From contig OZ024741.1 in assembly GCA_964016885.1 (NCBI GenBank), positions 413,478,001 to 413,542,000 on the forward strand: DNA of 64,000 nt. The letters run 5' to 3'. How positions within the stretch are numbered: position 1 is the stretch's first letter; the number at the start of each line of letters is the position of its first letter. The translations under genes and the position numbers were made by a program. Origin of the DNA: Eledone cirrhosa (Eukaryota). This document shows positions 24,801 through 38,818 of the stretch, one piece after another. Below the pieces are notes generated by a model, which was not told the DNA's origin, did not search any database, and saw only the letters and a list, made by a program, of their open reading frames with translations.

Positions 24801-25231
24801 AGAAATACCAAGTAATTTACAGCCATACATCGATCAAACACAGGCAAGCAAAAGAAATCTATTTGAACATCTTCTACTTTTTATATGTATCTGTACACCA
24901 TCTCTTAATGATTACAGTTGTTATTACTTCTGCTATATGTATGTACATGGGTGTATGTGGGGGTGCGCAGCGGTGTGTGTCCCCGTTACTCCACACATAT
25001 ATAGCCAGATGTATGTCAGTTTATACATGTATATGGGTATGCACACATGCATGTGCACGTGTATGTATATATATATGTATGTATGTATATATGCATATAT
25101 GTATATATATATGTATGTATATGTATGCGTACGTATATGTATGTGTATGGTGTGTGCATATATATGTGTGTGTGCATGTGTATGTATGTGTGTGTGTCCG
25201 CGTGTGTGTACATATGAATGGACATGTGTGT

Positions 25232-25575
25232 ATCATCATCATTTCATTTTACGTCCGCTTTTTTCCCTGCTTGCAAGGGTGGGACGGGAACTGATTCTGG
25301 CTTGATTTCTACAGCTGGATGCCCTTCCTAACACCAACCTCATTTACAGTGAGTGCTGGGTGCTTTTTTGCCGTGGCACCTCCACGACCACTTTACAGTG
25401 GAATGATAGGGACCCCAGTCCCTATCATCTCATTTCTACAGCTGAGTAAACTGGAGCAATGTGAAATAAAGTGTCTTGCTCAAGGAAACAACACGTCACC
25501 CGGTCTGAGAATTGAACTCACAACCTTTCGATTGCAAGGCCAATGCTCTAATCACTAAGCCATGTGCCTCCATGT
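25232..25575 (-). mobile_element. tRNA-head SINE with RTE-derived tail
   Basis: Near-identical to 5782-6126. Confidence 0.85.
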
Positions 25576-26034
25576 GTACATATAAGTGTGTATGTATGTA
25601 TATATGTACATGTGCGTATATGTCTGTGTCTATATATATATGCATGTATGTGTGTGTGTGTGTACACACTTATATGCGTGCACGGGCTCCTGTGTCTGGG
25701 TATATGTATGGATATATACATGTCTGTACGTCTATGCTTGTCTACATCTGTTGAATTTCTTCATCATACAATTATTTCTTCCAATCAATATTATACACAA
25801 CCAGACAAATCGCTTTTTTTAATTCTTTGACAAAAACATGAACTGTCTTTAGTGATAAACTAGCAGCGGGTCATCCAAGTGTGACATACACCACAAACAC
25901 CTGCTTCCTCTTTACACCAAAGCAACTTTTTGACTGATCAATACACATTCCAAAGTGTGTACACACACACACACACAAATCCTTAATTGTTCACGTGCTC
26001 ACCTAAATATGCACATGAATATTGATGAAGACAC

Positions 26035-26455
26035 ACCCACAATGCCACCCCACATTGCCACCCACATTGCCACCCCACATTGCCACCCCACATTTCCACC
26101 CACATTGCCACCCACATTGCCACCCCACATTGCCACCCCACATTTCCATCCACATTGCCACCCACATTGCCACCCCACATTGCCACCCATATTGCCACCC
26201 CACATTTCCACCCACATTGCCACCCCACATTTCCACCCACATTGCCACCCACATTCCCACCCCACATTGCCACCCCACATTGCCACCCACATTGCCACCC
26301 CACATTGCCACCCCACATTGCCACCCACATTGCCACCCCGCATTTCCACCCACATTGCCACCCCACATTGCCACCCCACATTGCCACTCCACATTGCCAC
26401 CCTCATTGCCACCCCACATTGCCACCTCACATTGCCACCCACATTGCCACCCCAC
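26035..26455. repeat. 12/13-bp minisatellite (cacattgccacc[c])
   Basis: Direct inspection. Confidence 0.95.
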
Positions 26456-26568
26456 CAATTACACCAAAATACAGACATATGCCCACACACAAAGAAATAG
26501 GGCCGATGTCTATATATAAATCTTCTCACCCCACATACCATGATAAAAATATATCTTTTGTCACATCA

Positions 26569-26658
26569 CCAGTCTGAGGAACAGATCAATACTGGAGTCG
26601 GGTCCATAACTCCTATGGGTCACCTTGAGCCAATCCTCTGTGAAACACACGTAACAGG
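26569..26658 (+). ncRNA. Type I hammerhead motif with extended stem II
   Basis: ccagt CTGAGGA acaga...tctgt GAAA cacacg TA acagg; AATAAA and (TA)n downstream. Confidence 0.7.
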
Positions 26659-26767
26659 TCGATACGCAATAAATATTTTTCATATGTAAACGAAACTTCA
26701 TCGTTTTTTTTCTATTATGTATATATATCATCATCATTTTACGTCTGCTTTTCCTTACTTATATATA

Positions 26768-27592
26768 TAACTTTAATAACTTTGGACCAGTATTGGCCCA
26801 ATCCATGTCTAACTAAATAACACCACCTGGCGAAGTCTTTCAAATCTGGATTTGGACACCATGGCCTACTCAAGTAGAGAGTTATTGTTTGCAGAGACAT
26901 ATCGGGTGTAGGAGGTTTATCCGTGATTTCTTGAAGGAATTTGTCCAAAGACTTCTTGAACTTTATGGGGTCTGTTTCTGTTTTAATGTGTTTTGGTGTA
27001 ATGTTAAAGAGTGCAGGGCCAATTGAGGTGAAATAATTGTGCTGTATTATTGTTATGAGATGCGATTGTGATTTTTAGCACGGGGTCCAAGACCTGGGTG
27101 TACATTAAAGGTGATGCCAACATCATTTGGGCAAAGCTGATGGAATATTTTCCACATCATACAGATAATGTAGCGTTCACGGTGACGTTGGAGAGAATAA
27201 AGTTTGAGCTTTTCTAATCGACTCCAATAGTCAAGGCCTGTCATGCCATCTATCATTTTTGTAATTGACCTTTGAGTTGCTTCAAATTTCATGATACTTT
27301 GTTTCGTGTGGGGTGACCACAGTGGACAACAGTATTCAAGGTGGGGTCAGGCAAAAGTGGAGAAGAGAAGGATAACAGTGTGGATATCTCTCAACTGGAA
27401 GGTTCTGAGAATCCAACAACACATTCTGTGGGTCATGTGAACTTTGTTGTTTATGAGTGGCCCAGCTTATATTCTTGTCCACAATTACTCCCAAGTCTCT
27501 GATGTTGTTGGATGCCTAGAGAGTTTCACCTGAAGGAAGAGAGTATGGTAGTTTCAGGGCATCATCTTTTCCAAAGTGGATTAACTCAAATT
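26768..27592 (-). mobile_element. CR1-group LINE 3' fragment
   Basis: PHLEYCCPLWSPH, LYSLQRHRERYII, LDKFLQEITDKP; short-repeat tail. Confidence 0.85.
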
Positions 27593-27616
27593 TATATATA
27601 TATATGTATATATATG

Positions 27617-28082
27617 TAAGAGATGAGTTTTATTGTAGAACAATAAAGCAATGCAAATATCGGATAAGTAGCACTCAACAGTTTATTGGACTGGAGTATA
27701 TATAAGAAGAAATTAAAAGATTGTTAAAAAAAGTTCCATGTATTTTATTATGCACATTTCAAAATCAAATATCATCCTGGGACGATATTTGCGTTCTCAT
27801 CAGATAAAATAGGGAGGCATGATATGATGCTTAAAAAACACTTGTTAACAAGGTAGTGTCTAATCAACATATATGTTGTCTAATCAACATATTAGTGTCT
27901 AATCAACATATATGTTGACTAGACACTACCTTGTACACAAGTGTTTTTTAAGCATCATATCATGCCTCCCTATTTTATCTGATGAGAACGCAAATATCGT
28001 CCCAGGATGATATTTGTTTATGAAATGCACATAATAAAATACATGGAACTTTTTTAACCATCTTTTAATTTCTTCTTATATG
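27617..28082. mobile_element. Non-coding fold-back PLE-type element with an HHR in each arm (27741-27811 minus, 27971-28041 plus)
   Basis: ~180-bp inverted arms; tattttat CTGATGA ..caaatatc..gatatttg.. GAAA tg(t/c)(g/a)ca TA ataaaata; (TA)n flanks. Confidence 0.85.
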
Positions 28083-28171
28083 TATATATATATATATGTA
28101 TATGGGTATACATATATATATATATATGTGTATATATATATATATCTATATATGTGTATATATATATATAT

Positions 28172-29635
28172 ATAACGAAGGAAATGTGGTAAGGAACCAG
28201 ATGGACCATAACGCACCAGAGTACTCAATACTTAGGGTAGTAGAGTGGGTAATAGGAACAAGTAGGACACCGATGGCTGAGCTCAAGCCGTTTCGACGGC
28301 TAATTCTGGACTAAATAAAATTTTTTAGCCTGGTAAATGAATAGCCGAACTTCTCAGGGGGGGGGGGGGGTAATTTCATATATGGTAAAAGTGATTGTCA
28401 CAAGGATTCGTCAAAAGTTTGTTGTTAAGACATGATTCTATCATGACATTTTGTGGAAGGTAGGGGTAGCTGAACTTGCCAGTAGAAGAAAGAGGAAGAG
28501 GGAGTGGAGCAAACCCAGTCAAACATTGAAAGTGAAAGATACAGCAGATTCTAAGGATAGTGTATAGAAGGTCGAAAAAAGTATACTAGAGAAGGGGAGG
28601 GGGGGTGAAACAATAAGTAAATCTAAAGGGAGTAAACAAAAAAGCCATTATAAAAATGAGGAAATATATAAAAAATATATAAAAAAATATAAAAAGCAAT
28701 TTCTGGTTACTACTCTCCTTCCACAATCACCAAATCTCTCACTGGTACTGCTAAGCTATAGAAAAGTTTAATAGGTGAGAAGGAATACTAAATATGAGAT
28801 TGTAGTGAAAGAATTTTATGAGGCCATCATTACAGGGGGTCTACCACCACTACGATAGTTAGTAGTAATCAGCCAATGCTATCTTACAATGACAGGTTAA
28901 TATGTTGAGGACCAACATACTAAAAAAACTAATACGAAATATTGATTCAGAATCCCGAAACATGAATACTAATACAATATATATAAAAGTACTGCTACAA
29001 TACATACATTCTAATATAATCTACATAAATACTCATACAATATATATAAAAAACTAATACAATATATATAAATACTGCTACAATACATAAATTCTAATAC
29101 AATCTACATAAATACTCGTACAATATATATGAAAAACTAATACGAAATATTAATTCAGAATCCCCCAAAAAATAAATACTAATATACAAGAAACTAAAGC
29201 AGAAATACCACTAAGAAATCTAGAAATCACGGAAATGGGGCGGCAACCAGAGAAGAAAGCAAGTATCTGGGGTCTAGCACATCTGCTATAAAAAGCGGAA
29301 TCGGCCAATTCTATCATAAAATAAGGGGGGGGGGGGGTATTGAGACCACAGAGGACCGAAGGGCTGCATCGGGGTGGGCGAGAAGGTGAAAAGAACGACG
29401 ACAAAGAAGTAGATCTGGGGTGGAAGGACTAGGAAGGGATGGGGGGAAGAAGGAAATATAGAGGAAACGATAAAAAATATATTAAAAAATTACGTCTACC
29501 TTTGTATGGAGGGGTTACCCCTTACAAAGTCGGCCAGTGGGGTGTTTCAGCCTTTGTCTACCCCCCCCCCCTCGGGTCATTATGGGGTTTGTGTCGAGGT
29601 AAGTCCTACGCAATCTATGTTTTCATGCAGTTACC
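28172..29635 (-). mobile_element. PLE family A-related 3' end (ORF tail plus 3'UTR/pseudo-LTR)
   Basis: Reverse complement of 29490-29635 matches 18368-18510; 28220-28570 resembles 16300-16650. Confidence 0.8.
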
Positions 29636-31750
29636 ATAAAGTAGTAAACTTCCTAGGCGTCACCCTGGATCTCAACAATAACCTATATTACCCTTACCAT
29701 AAACCAGGTGAAATACTCCCATATATCAGCCCACACTCTAACCACCCACCGGCAGTCATCAGAGCAGTAATCAAATCTATCTCGATAGGATCTCAATGCT
29801 ATCAGCAAATGAGGAGATATTTATAAACCATGCACAATATTATAATAAAGCTCTTTCTGAATCTGGTTATAAACAATCAATTTATTACATACCTAAATGC
29901 CATAACACAGCAATTCACCATAATAAACTTAACACTAGAACTAGAAATACCTTAGCATATAGCCAGATTCGCCGGAATTTTAGCAGTATCAGCACCTATA
30001 CAGGGAAGTTTAATGGTGGCAGCGGCCTGATCCCCACTCCAAGTAGCAAACTAAAAATCAACCCTAGAATAGGAATGAGAAATGGGATGACAAATAACAA
30101 ATCCCCAGGTAATAATAACCCTAGGAAGGCCCCTACCAACTCCACTAGAACCTCTAGAAGGAATAGACCTAGAAATATCACCTGGCTTAACCCCCCCCCC
30201 CCTATTCTCATATAATCTAGCCACTAATATCCCCAAACGCTTCTTCTCTATCCTATCTAAACATCCCCCCCCCAACCATAGATATTACAAACTCTTTAAT
30301 AAAAATAACATTAAAATCTCATTCTCCACAACACCTAACCTAGCTAGCCACATCGCATTCAGTAAACCATCATAAACTAAGACAGTATAACTCCCACACC
30401 GCGGTATCAAATACACCACGCCACTACACCAATAATTACTCTAGTAGCACACCTCCCCCATCTAATCCTTCTAGCACTGACTTACCGCTTAGGTTAAACT
30501 ACCCTACTCTCACTAACCGCAGAAGCAACTGCAACTGCCTTTACCCCAATGCATGCCCATTAAATGGACACTACCTGACACCCAACATAGTCTATAGATG
30601 CACGGTTAAAACTGCTTCGAATACCAGCTCTTATATCGGGTCTACCTCTAACCCTTTTAAGGTACGCTATAACGCGCACTCTTTTTCCTTCCGAGACCCT
30701 AGCAACAGATGCTCGACATCGCTAGCTAGGCTCATTAAAAACCTTAAATTAAACAACGTTCAACACTCACTAAAATGGGATATCGTGGCTAGGGCCCAAC
30801 CATTCCATGGACGAAGAAAATCTTGTGATCTCTGTATTACAGAAGCATATTACATAACTCTATCACGACCTCTACCGATTAACGATAGAATGGAGGTAAC
30901 TACTAGCTGTTAACATCGAAGGGCTAATTCCTTCGCCAATAGAATATTTGACCCAACTTAGTCATCTAGCCCCATTTTTACTTGTAGCTAATAAGTTAAA
31001 TAGCTATGAACAACTTAGATAATTATAAGTTACCTCCCCTACATTGTCTCTCAATTAAAAAATTAAAAAATTAACACTTAACTATAAATACCCACAATTT
31101 CTAAACTCTCGAGGAGTTACTTCCCCTGAAACCACCCTCTAATTAGTAAGGTAAATATGTCCTTTGGCAGCCATCTTGTTACCCATAGGCAAATCTCACA
31201 CAATGCAGCCTCGACAGATGAATACCGCTTGATTATGGCTGACAACTGATGCAACCAAGACCCCATAGTGAAAAACCAATATATGGAACATTATATTATG
31301 TAACATTCTCTCATTATTTTAATTTATATTCCTTTGAAGTTCCGATGAGCCGCTCTGTCTTTTAAATATGTTAATTATTTTCAACTGAACCAGATCAATT
31401 ATGATATATAGTCATCTGATCCAGAAATATTATATGGAGTAGCGAAACAATTGTAAACAGACATTATTATTATTAATATTATTATTCTCTACATTCCTTA
31501 CATCAAACTAAAATATGTTGACAATCTTTTAATAATGTCTTCCTTGTGAAATTTGTGGTCTGGTTTTGCTTAACTAATGAATATTTCCAGCTCTGCGCAC
31601 CTAACTTCTGCATGAACCCAGCCACCTAGCTGCTTTCTACTGCATATTGCACATAGAGCACATGCCTTTACGCTTTGGCTTCTAACTAATTCACCAATCT
31701 CTCCTCTCCTATCTCCATCTCTCTCTTTAAGATTGGTTACTCTTGAACTG
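29636..31750 (+). mobile_element. Penelope-like element family B, 5'-truncated and frameshifted
   Basis: VNFLGVTLDL, HSNHPP, ITWLNPP, NCNCLYPNACPLNGH, IVYRC..SYIGST, CDLCITE; HHR in the 3'UTR. Confidence 0.88.
31339..31458 (+). ncRNA. Hammerhead motif (U4C mutated) with ~95-nt stem II domain
   Basis: gtt CCGATGA gccgctc...gagtagc GAAA caattg TA aac. Confidence 0.65.
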
Positions 31751-31778
31751 TGTATATATATATATATATATATATATT

Positions 31779-31857
<79 letters not shown>

Positions 31858-31933
31858 TATATATATAAATATATATATATCATCATCATCCTCGTTTAAC
31901 GTCCACTTTCCACGCTAGCATGGGTTGGACGAC

Positions 31934-31964
<31 letters not shown>

Positions 31965-31986
31965 TGTATATATATATATATATATA

Positions 31987-32283
31987 TCATCATCATTTTA
32001 CATCCGCTTTTCCCTGCTTGCAAGGGTGGGATGGGAACTCATTCTGGCTTGATTTTTACAGCTGAATGCCCTTCCTAACACCAACCTCATTTACAGACCA
32101 CTTTGCAATGGAATAATAGAGACCCCAGTCCCTATCATCTCATTTCTACAGCTGAGTAAACTGGAGCAATGTGAAATAAAGTGTCTTGCTCAAGGAAACA
32201 ACACATCACCCGGTCTGAGAATTGAACTCACAACCTTTCGATAGCAAGCCCAATGTTCTAATCACTAAGCCATGTGCCTCCAT
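31987..32283 (-). mobile_element. tRNA-head SINE with RTE-derived tail (internal deletion)
   Basis: Same family as 5782-6126. Confidence 0.85.
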
Positions 32284-32304
32284 ATATACACATATATATG
32301 TATA

Positions 32305-32438
<134 letters not shown>

Positions 32439-32441
32439 TAT

Positions 32442-32629
32442 AATGAAAGAGTTGTGGTAAGGAACAAGATGGACCATAACGCACCAGAGTACTCAATACT
32501 TAGCGTAGTAGAGTGGGTAATAGGAAAATGTATGACCTCAACGGCAGAGCTCAAGCCGTTTCGACGCTATTTCAGTCCAGAAATAGCCGTCGAAACGGCT
32601 TGAGCTCTGCCGTCGGGGTCATACATTTT

Positions 32630-32633
<4 letters not shown>
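32442..32633. mobile_element. Miniature fold-back of the PLE-A terminus within (TA)n
   Basis: 32520-32572 inverted to 32580-32633; only the GAAA/stem III/GUC half of the HHR is retained; similar unit at 38865-39022. Confidence 0.85.
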
Positions 32634-32667
<34 letters not shown>

Positions 32668-32759
32668 AAAATGTATTACATATATATATATATATTTATG
32701 TATATATATATATAAGTATGTATATATATATATGTATATATATATGTATATATATATCT

Positions 32760-32799
<40 letters not shown>

Positions 32800-32863
32800 G
32801 TACATGTAGTGCCAATCGTATATGTAATATAGACATATATATGTACATATATATATATATATG

Positions 32864-33216
32864 TATAGCGAGAGTACTGGGTTGTATGAATGTAACAAAA
32901 CGAGGCATAGTTTGTGTGTATAATATTTAATTAACAATGGTAGATAGTATAGTTGACATGTCAAAGAAATAGATGGTAGAATGAAACAAAGTTAGTCGTT
33001 ACCGTTTTGATTGCCAGGCAAACGCGGCTGGCAGAGGACGCCTGGCTAAGGCCAGGCGCCAGAAGGCAAATGAGAGGCTCTTGGCCTGGTGCCGAAAGGG
33101 CAATGAGAGAGTGAGAACTTAAAGTTGTTAGTTTTATAGGTTTCTGACCGGAAGTTACAGAAAGGGTTCTACTTCCCGTCTAGATGTTAATCCAAACAAG
33201 GGAGACAACCGCTACA
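32864..33216. mobile_element. Possible solo LTR
   Basis: Termini tatagcg...cgctaca (TG..CA-like 7-bp inverted ends with one mismatch), 353 bp, inside a TA-rich microsatellite. Confidence 0.4.
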
Positions 33217-33239
33217 TATGTATATGCATATATATACAT

Positions 33240-35370
33240 GAAGTGTCAATATGAGAGACTATTAAATGAGGAGAATAAATGGGAAAAAGATAGTCTGCCC
33301 CAAATCGATCCAATAGAAGGACCAGCGGTGCAAGGTAAAGGTAGTATAATAAGTAAGGCAATCAAAGATATGAAGACAGGCAGGGCAGCTGGGCCTTCGG
33401 AGATAGTTGCTGAGATGTTCAAGGCATCTGGAATAGTGGGACATACTATGTCACCCGGATAGTAAACCAAGTAATACAGAATGGGGTCATACCAAAAGAC
33501 TGGCATAGCAGCAGCATCATTAACTGCTACAAGGGTAAAGGGGATGCTCTAGATAGAGGAAACTATAGAGGCATTAAGTTAGTTGACCAGGTCATGAAGG
33601 TCACAGAAAGAGTTATAGCGCAACAAATCAGAGAGTGAATTGATCTAGATGAAATGCAGTTTGGGTTTGTGTCAGGTAAAAGTACCACAGACACTCTTTT
33701 CCTTGTATGACAACTACGAGAGAAGTACCTAGCTAAAAGTAAACCCCTCTACTTTGCTTTTGTAGACCTAGAGAAAGCCTTTGACAGAGTCACCCGCTCC
33801 ATTATCTGGTGGGCTCTTAGAAAACTAGGTGTTGATGAATGGCTTGTGAAAGCTATACAAGCTATGTATAATGAAAAAGTCAGTAAGGTTAGAATTAACA
33901 ATGAATATTGTGAAGAATTTAGTGCAAAAGTTGGCATTCATCAAGGCTCTGTCCTTATCCCCCTCCTATGTATTATTGCCCTTCAGGCTATAACAGATGA
34001 GTTCAAGACTGGCTGCCCATGGGAACTCCTATACACAGATGATCTAACGCTCATAGCTGAATCAATGGCTGAACTAGAGAAGAAATTCCAAACATGGAAG
34101 CATGGCCTAGAATCAAAAGGCCTTAAAGTTAACTTGTCTAAGACTAAAGTTCTAGTTTGTAGAAAGGAAAATAGGGCACAGGTGCCCTCAGGGAAATGGC
34201 CATGCTCAGTGTGTAGGAAAGGAGTAGGCAGAAATTCCATTTTATGTCCCAAATGCAAAGTATGGGTACATAAAAGATGTAGTGGGATCACAGGTAAACT
34301 ATCTAAGAACGTAGACTTTATATGTGGCCAATGCTCAGGTGCAATAAGTAGCAAGTGTCCACAGGATACTAGCTCCTTCTATTGCCCAGATGGTTCTATA
34401 GAAATAGTAGACACTTTCCGTTACCTGGGTGACAAAATCAGCAGTGGTGGAGGGTGTTCTGAAAGTACAGTAGCCAGAGTCAGAAGGGGATGGAAAAAGT
34501 TCAGAGAGCTTATACCGCTGTTGGCCACAAAAGGTTTCTCTCTAAAGATGAAAGGCAGATTGTATGATGCCTGTATACAAACAGCAATGCTACAAGGCAG
34601 ACTGGAAAGGAACGCAGCATGCATGCTCCGTTGGATGTGTAATATTAATATATGTGAACGGCAAAACATAAATGAACTAAGTGAGAAATTAGGAATAGGA
34701 GGGATCAGACGGTGTTTACTTGAGAGAAGACTACGTTGGTATGGTCATGTGATGTGCATGAAAGACGACAGCTGCATAAAAAAGTGCAAAGCGATCAAAA
34801 TTGATGGTAGTTACGGAGTTGGTAGACCCAGAAAAACCTGGGACGATTTGATAAATTCTGACCTTACACACTTGCACCTCTCTAAGACAATGTCACTGGA
34901 CCGAGATCTTTGGCGCTACGCAGTAATACAGAAGACCCACCTTGCCTATGTACAAAGCGAAACCTACAGTCAGTAGGCACCTCTTAACCAAATATACACC
35001 CCAATCCACTACCCCTACCCTATCCTTCCACTCCCACCAACACCACCCACTCTCTGTAAAGTTGGTACCACAACATCCAGTCCAAATAAATGAGATAATG
35101 AGATCAAGATTGTGTAGGTGTCACAACAAAAAAAACACACAGTTCACGCTGTAATGTGGTCGTGTAGGTAACACGGTAAAAAGTTCCCAGTTCCACACTC
35201 TAAATGTGGTTGGTGTTAGGAAGGGCCTCCAGCTGTAGAAAACCTGCCAGACAGTCCTATATGAGTAAGTCACGGTCACCCAACCAACCTTGCCTCGAGT
35301 GGGACAACTCCCATCTAACCCATGCTAGCATGGAACATGGACGTAAAGCGATGATGATGATGATGATGAT
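33240..35370 (+). mobile_element. RTE LINE subfamily b, 5'-truncated
   Basis: RT motifs FAFVDLEKAFD, GIHQGSVL, LLYTDDL, RLRWYGHV, GRPRKTW; (ATG)n tail. Confidence 0.95.
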
Positions 35371-35379
35371 ATGAGTGTG

Positions 35380-35421
<42 letters not shown>

Positions 35422-35526
35422 GAATTCCATCTCTGTCTGATTTACTCGTTTTATTTACAATCCTTTAAAATTAAAATGATATTATAATGAAATAGTATGG
35501 TAGAATATTAAATGTTAAGTGTTAAT

Positions 35527-35565
35527 TGAACAAGTACTTTCATGCTTTCGCAATCTTCAGGTTCA
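35527..35565 (-). ncRNA. Minimal type I hammerhead motif (intact core)
   Basis: tgaac CTGAAGA t-tgc-gaaa-gca-t GAAA gtac TT gttca. Confidence 0.8.
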
Positions 35566-35990
35566 TATTCAGTGGTGACAGTCAAGTTTCCAATTTTCAA
35601 CTGTAATGAGATGGGTAAATTCTGGAGGACAGTAGGGTGATCATCAGAATGGACTCAGTTGATAGTCGGATCCATCCTACATGTGACAGCAGCTGCTTGA
35701 CATAAAGCCATAGGTCAGCAATACTCGGACACTCGACGAGTGCATGCAGAACGGTTTTTTCACCCTAATGGTAAAATAATCCCCTCTTAACTACTCTTAT
35801 TTGACAAATGAATACTCCGTCACTCCTAATCACCAACTCTTAGCTGGGATAAACTACTGTTAGTAACAGAGAACAAAAGAAAACTATGAACAAAAATATG
35901 AACTTTCCTCCCTAAATATGTATGTAAAAACTAAACAATTTTTTCTACATTTTCTTATTAATATGCAATTTAACTGCATTATACACTTCC

Positions 35991-36028
35991 ATCATTGAAA
36001 AAGCATATAAAGCTGAAACCAGTACAAT
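35991..36028 (+). ncRNA. Degenerate hammerhead-like motif with U3-A8 core
   Basis: atca TTGAAAA agc-atataaa-gct GAAA ccag TA caat; stems are restored if three CA are read as decayed CG. Confidence 0.45.
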
Positions 36029-36142
36029 TAAATGCAGAAATACCTATTTTGTAAATAAATGTTTTGATGTTATTCTGAAAAAATTCCACTAGCATTTTCT
36101 ACAGTGTTTTTGTTTCTTTTCTACTATATATATATATATATA

Positions 36143-36585
36143 TCATCATCATCATCATCATCATCATCATCGTTTAACGTCCATTTTCCACGCTAGCATG
36201 GGTTTGGATGGGAATTGTCCCATATGAGGCAAGACTGGTTGTCTTGCTCGTATAGGACTGTCTGGCGGGTTTTCTACAGCTGGATGCCCTTCCTAACACC
36301 AACCATATTTACAGTGTGGACTGGGAGGTTTTTTGTTGTGACACCTACACGACCTCATTTATTTAGGACTGGATCGTGTGGTACCAAGATAACGTTACAA
36401 AGAAAGGGGTGGAGTTGATGGGAGTGGGGGTAGGAGTAGTGGGAGGGGTGTGTATATTTGGTTAAGAGGTGCCTACTGACTGTAGGTTTCGCTTTGCACT
36501 TAGGCAAGGCGGGTCTTCTGTATTACTGCGTAGCGCCAAAGATCTCGCTCCAGTGACATTGTCTTGGGGAGGTGTAAGTGTGTTA
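36143..36585 (-). mobile_element. RTE subfamily b 3' end
   Basis: Matches 34865-35370 reversed. Confidence 0.85.
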
Positions 36586-36703
36586 GGTCGGAATTATATG
36601 TATATGTATATGTATATATTTATATATATATGTATATGCATATATATACATATAAATACATATATATTTATATATTTATGTAATAAACAATATAAGGCAA
36701 TTA

Positions 36704-36762
36704 TTCCATTTACCAGTGGTTTCTTAAAAACAAAAAAATTTGCTTTCAATCATCAGAATGAA
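36704..36762 (-). ncRNA. Type I hammerhead motif (intact core)
   Basis: ttcatt CTGATGA ttgaaagcaaa-tttt-tttgtttttaa GAAA cca-c-tgg TA aatgga. Confidence 0.82.
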
Positions 36763-36865
36763 AAAATCCTGGTGTATTTATTGATATTGGATTCTAAAAA
36801 CAAAAATGCAATCTATATGAAAGTGAGGCTGGAGAAGGAAGAAGGAAAGGAAAAATAAAATAAAA

Positions 36866-37570
36866 ACACACATGCAAACACACACACACACACACACAAT
36901 TATATACATACACACATACATATATATATACATACACACATACACACACATATACACATATATATGTGTATATATATACATACACATACATATACACATA
37001 CATACATACACACATAAATATCAACATATCCATACATACACATACATATATACAACCACACACATATATATACATATATATATAGAAATAGAAATATATA
37101 TATATATATATGCATACACATACACATACATAGCCATACACACATACATATACATACATACACACAATCATACATATATACACACGTACATACATACACA
37201 TACATACACACATATATACATGCATACATATGCATGCACAAAAATAGAAAAATATACACACACTTCTACATACTCACACACATAAATAAATATAAGAAAA
37301 AATATATATAAAATAATAAAGGACATAAAAAAGAAAATAAAGACTATTATAAAGTTGACAGCGATACAGGCAACAAATAAATGAACAAACACACGTGGTA
37401 AGCAATGCACACAAATGCACGTACACATACATACGTAAAAATAAATACATACACACACTCTCACACATAAATATACATATACAAATACATAACCACATAC
37501 ATACGCATACACAAATACATACACACACACACACACACATATATACATATATACATATATACACACACAT

Positions 37571-37613
<43 letters not shown>

Positions 37614-37760
37614 TACACACACATACATACATAGCCATACAATTATACACATACATATACGTAAATATCACAAACACGCACAACCAAATACAAATACACA
37701 TATATATATATGTGTGTAAAACTCATTCTTAGATAATTCATATGAACCTTATTTAACTCT

Positions 37761-37824
<64 letters not shown>

Positions 37825-38211
37825 CACATACATACATACTAACATACACATATATACCTACACACACATATATACATACACATACGTATGCATACGTACA
37901 CACACACACACACATATACATATATAACTCAATATATATATATATATATATGAGAAAGAACATAAATATTATAAAATAAATATTGTATATATAAAAAAAA
38001 TTGGGAATACGACAAATAATAAATTAAAAAATATATATTTAGAAAAGGGTATAAATGCCCATAGCAGACCTAGAGCACTCAACAAATTCCTGGAGCAAAA
38101 GATCAATGAAAATAATCATCAAATCACTATATGTAATGATGCACATACATACTCCCTTATACATATATACAGAAATACAAACACACATACAATTACGTAT
38201 ATATACATATA

Positions 38212-38249
<38 letters not shown>

Positions 38250-38250
38250 T
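36866..38250. repeat. Extended degenerate CA/TA microsatellite region
   Basis: Direct inspection. Confidence 0.9.
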
Positions 38251-38728
38251 AGGAAAAAGTCTGACCCTACGGCAGAGCTCAAGCCTTTTCTGAGGCTATT
38301 ATATAAAAACACACAAAACCATTATATAAAAAATTAATATCTAAAAATAAAAAAATAAAAAAATGTTTGGTATGTAAAGGGTAAGTAAAAAAAAAAGGGG
38401 GGAAAAGGCGGGGGGGGGGGGGTGAATGACATAATAAAAGGTTTAAATATAAGGGGAGATAAGGGAGAAAGAGAATACAAGAGTACAGAACGTGGATTCA
38501 GCAGGTAAAAAAACCGTAGTGGAAGTAAAGAGCAGGAAAGGAGTTCAAGGTGGTTGAGTTATCATAGGAATGTCAATCCAGTTACAGATCAGGTGTGATT
38601 TCAGATGAGGACAACATCTGAAGATCTCGGTCTTTGAGTTCAGGCAAGCAGAAGTAGCTTTCAATATATATTTATATATTTATATATATATATCTATATA
38701 TATATATATATGTATATGCATATATACG

Positions 38729-38818
<90 letters not shown>

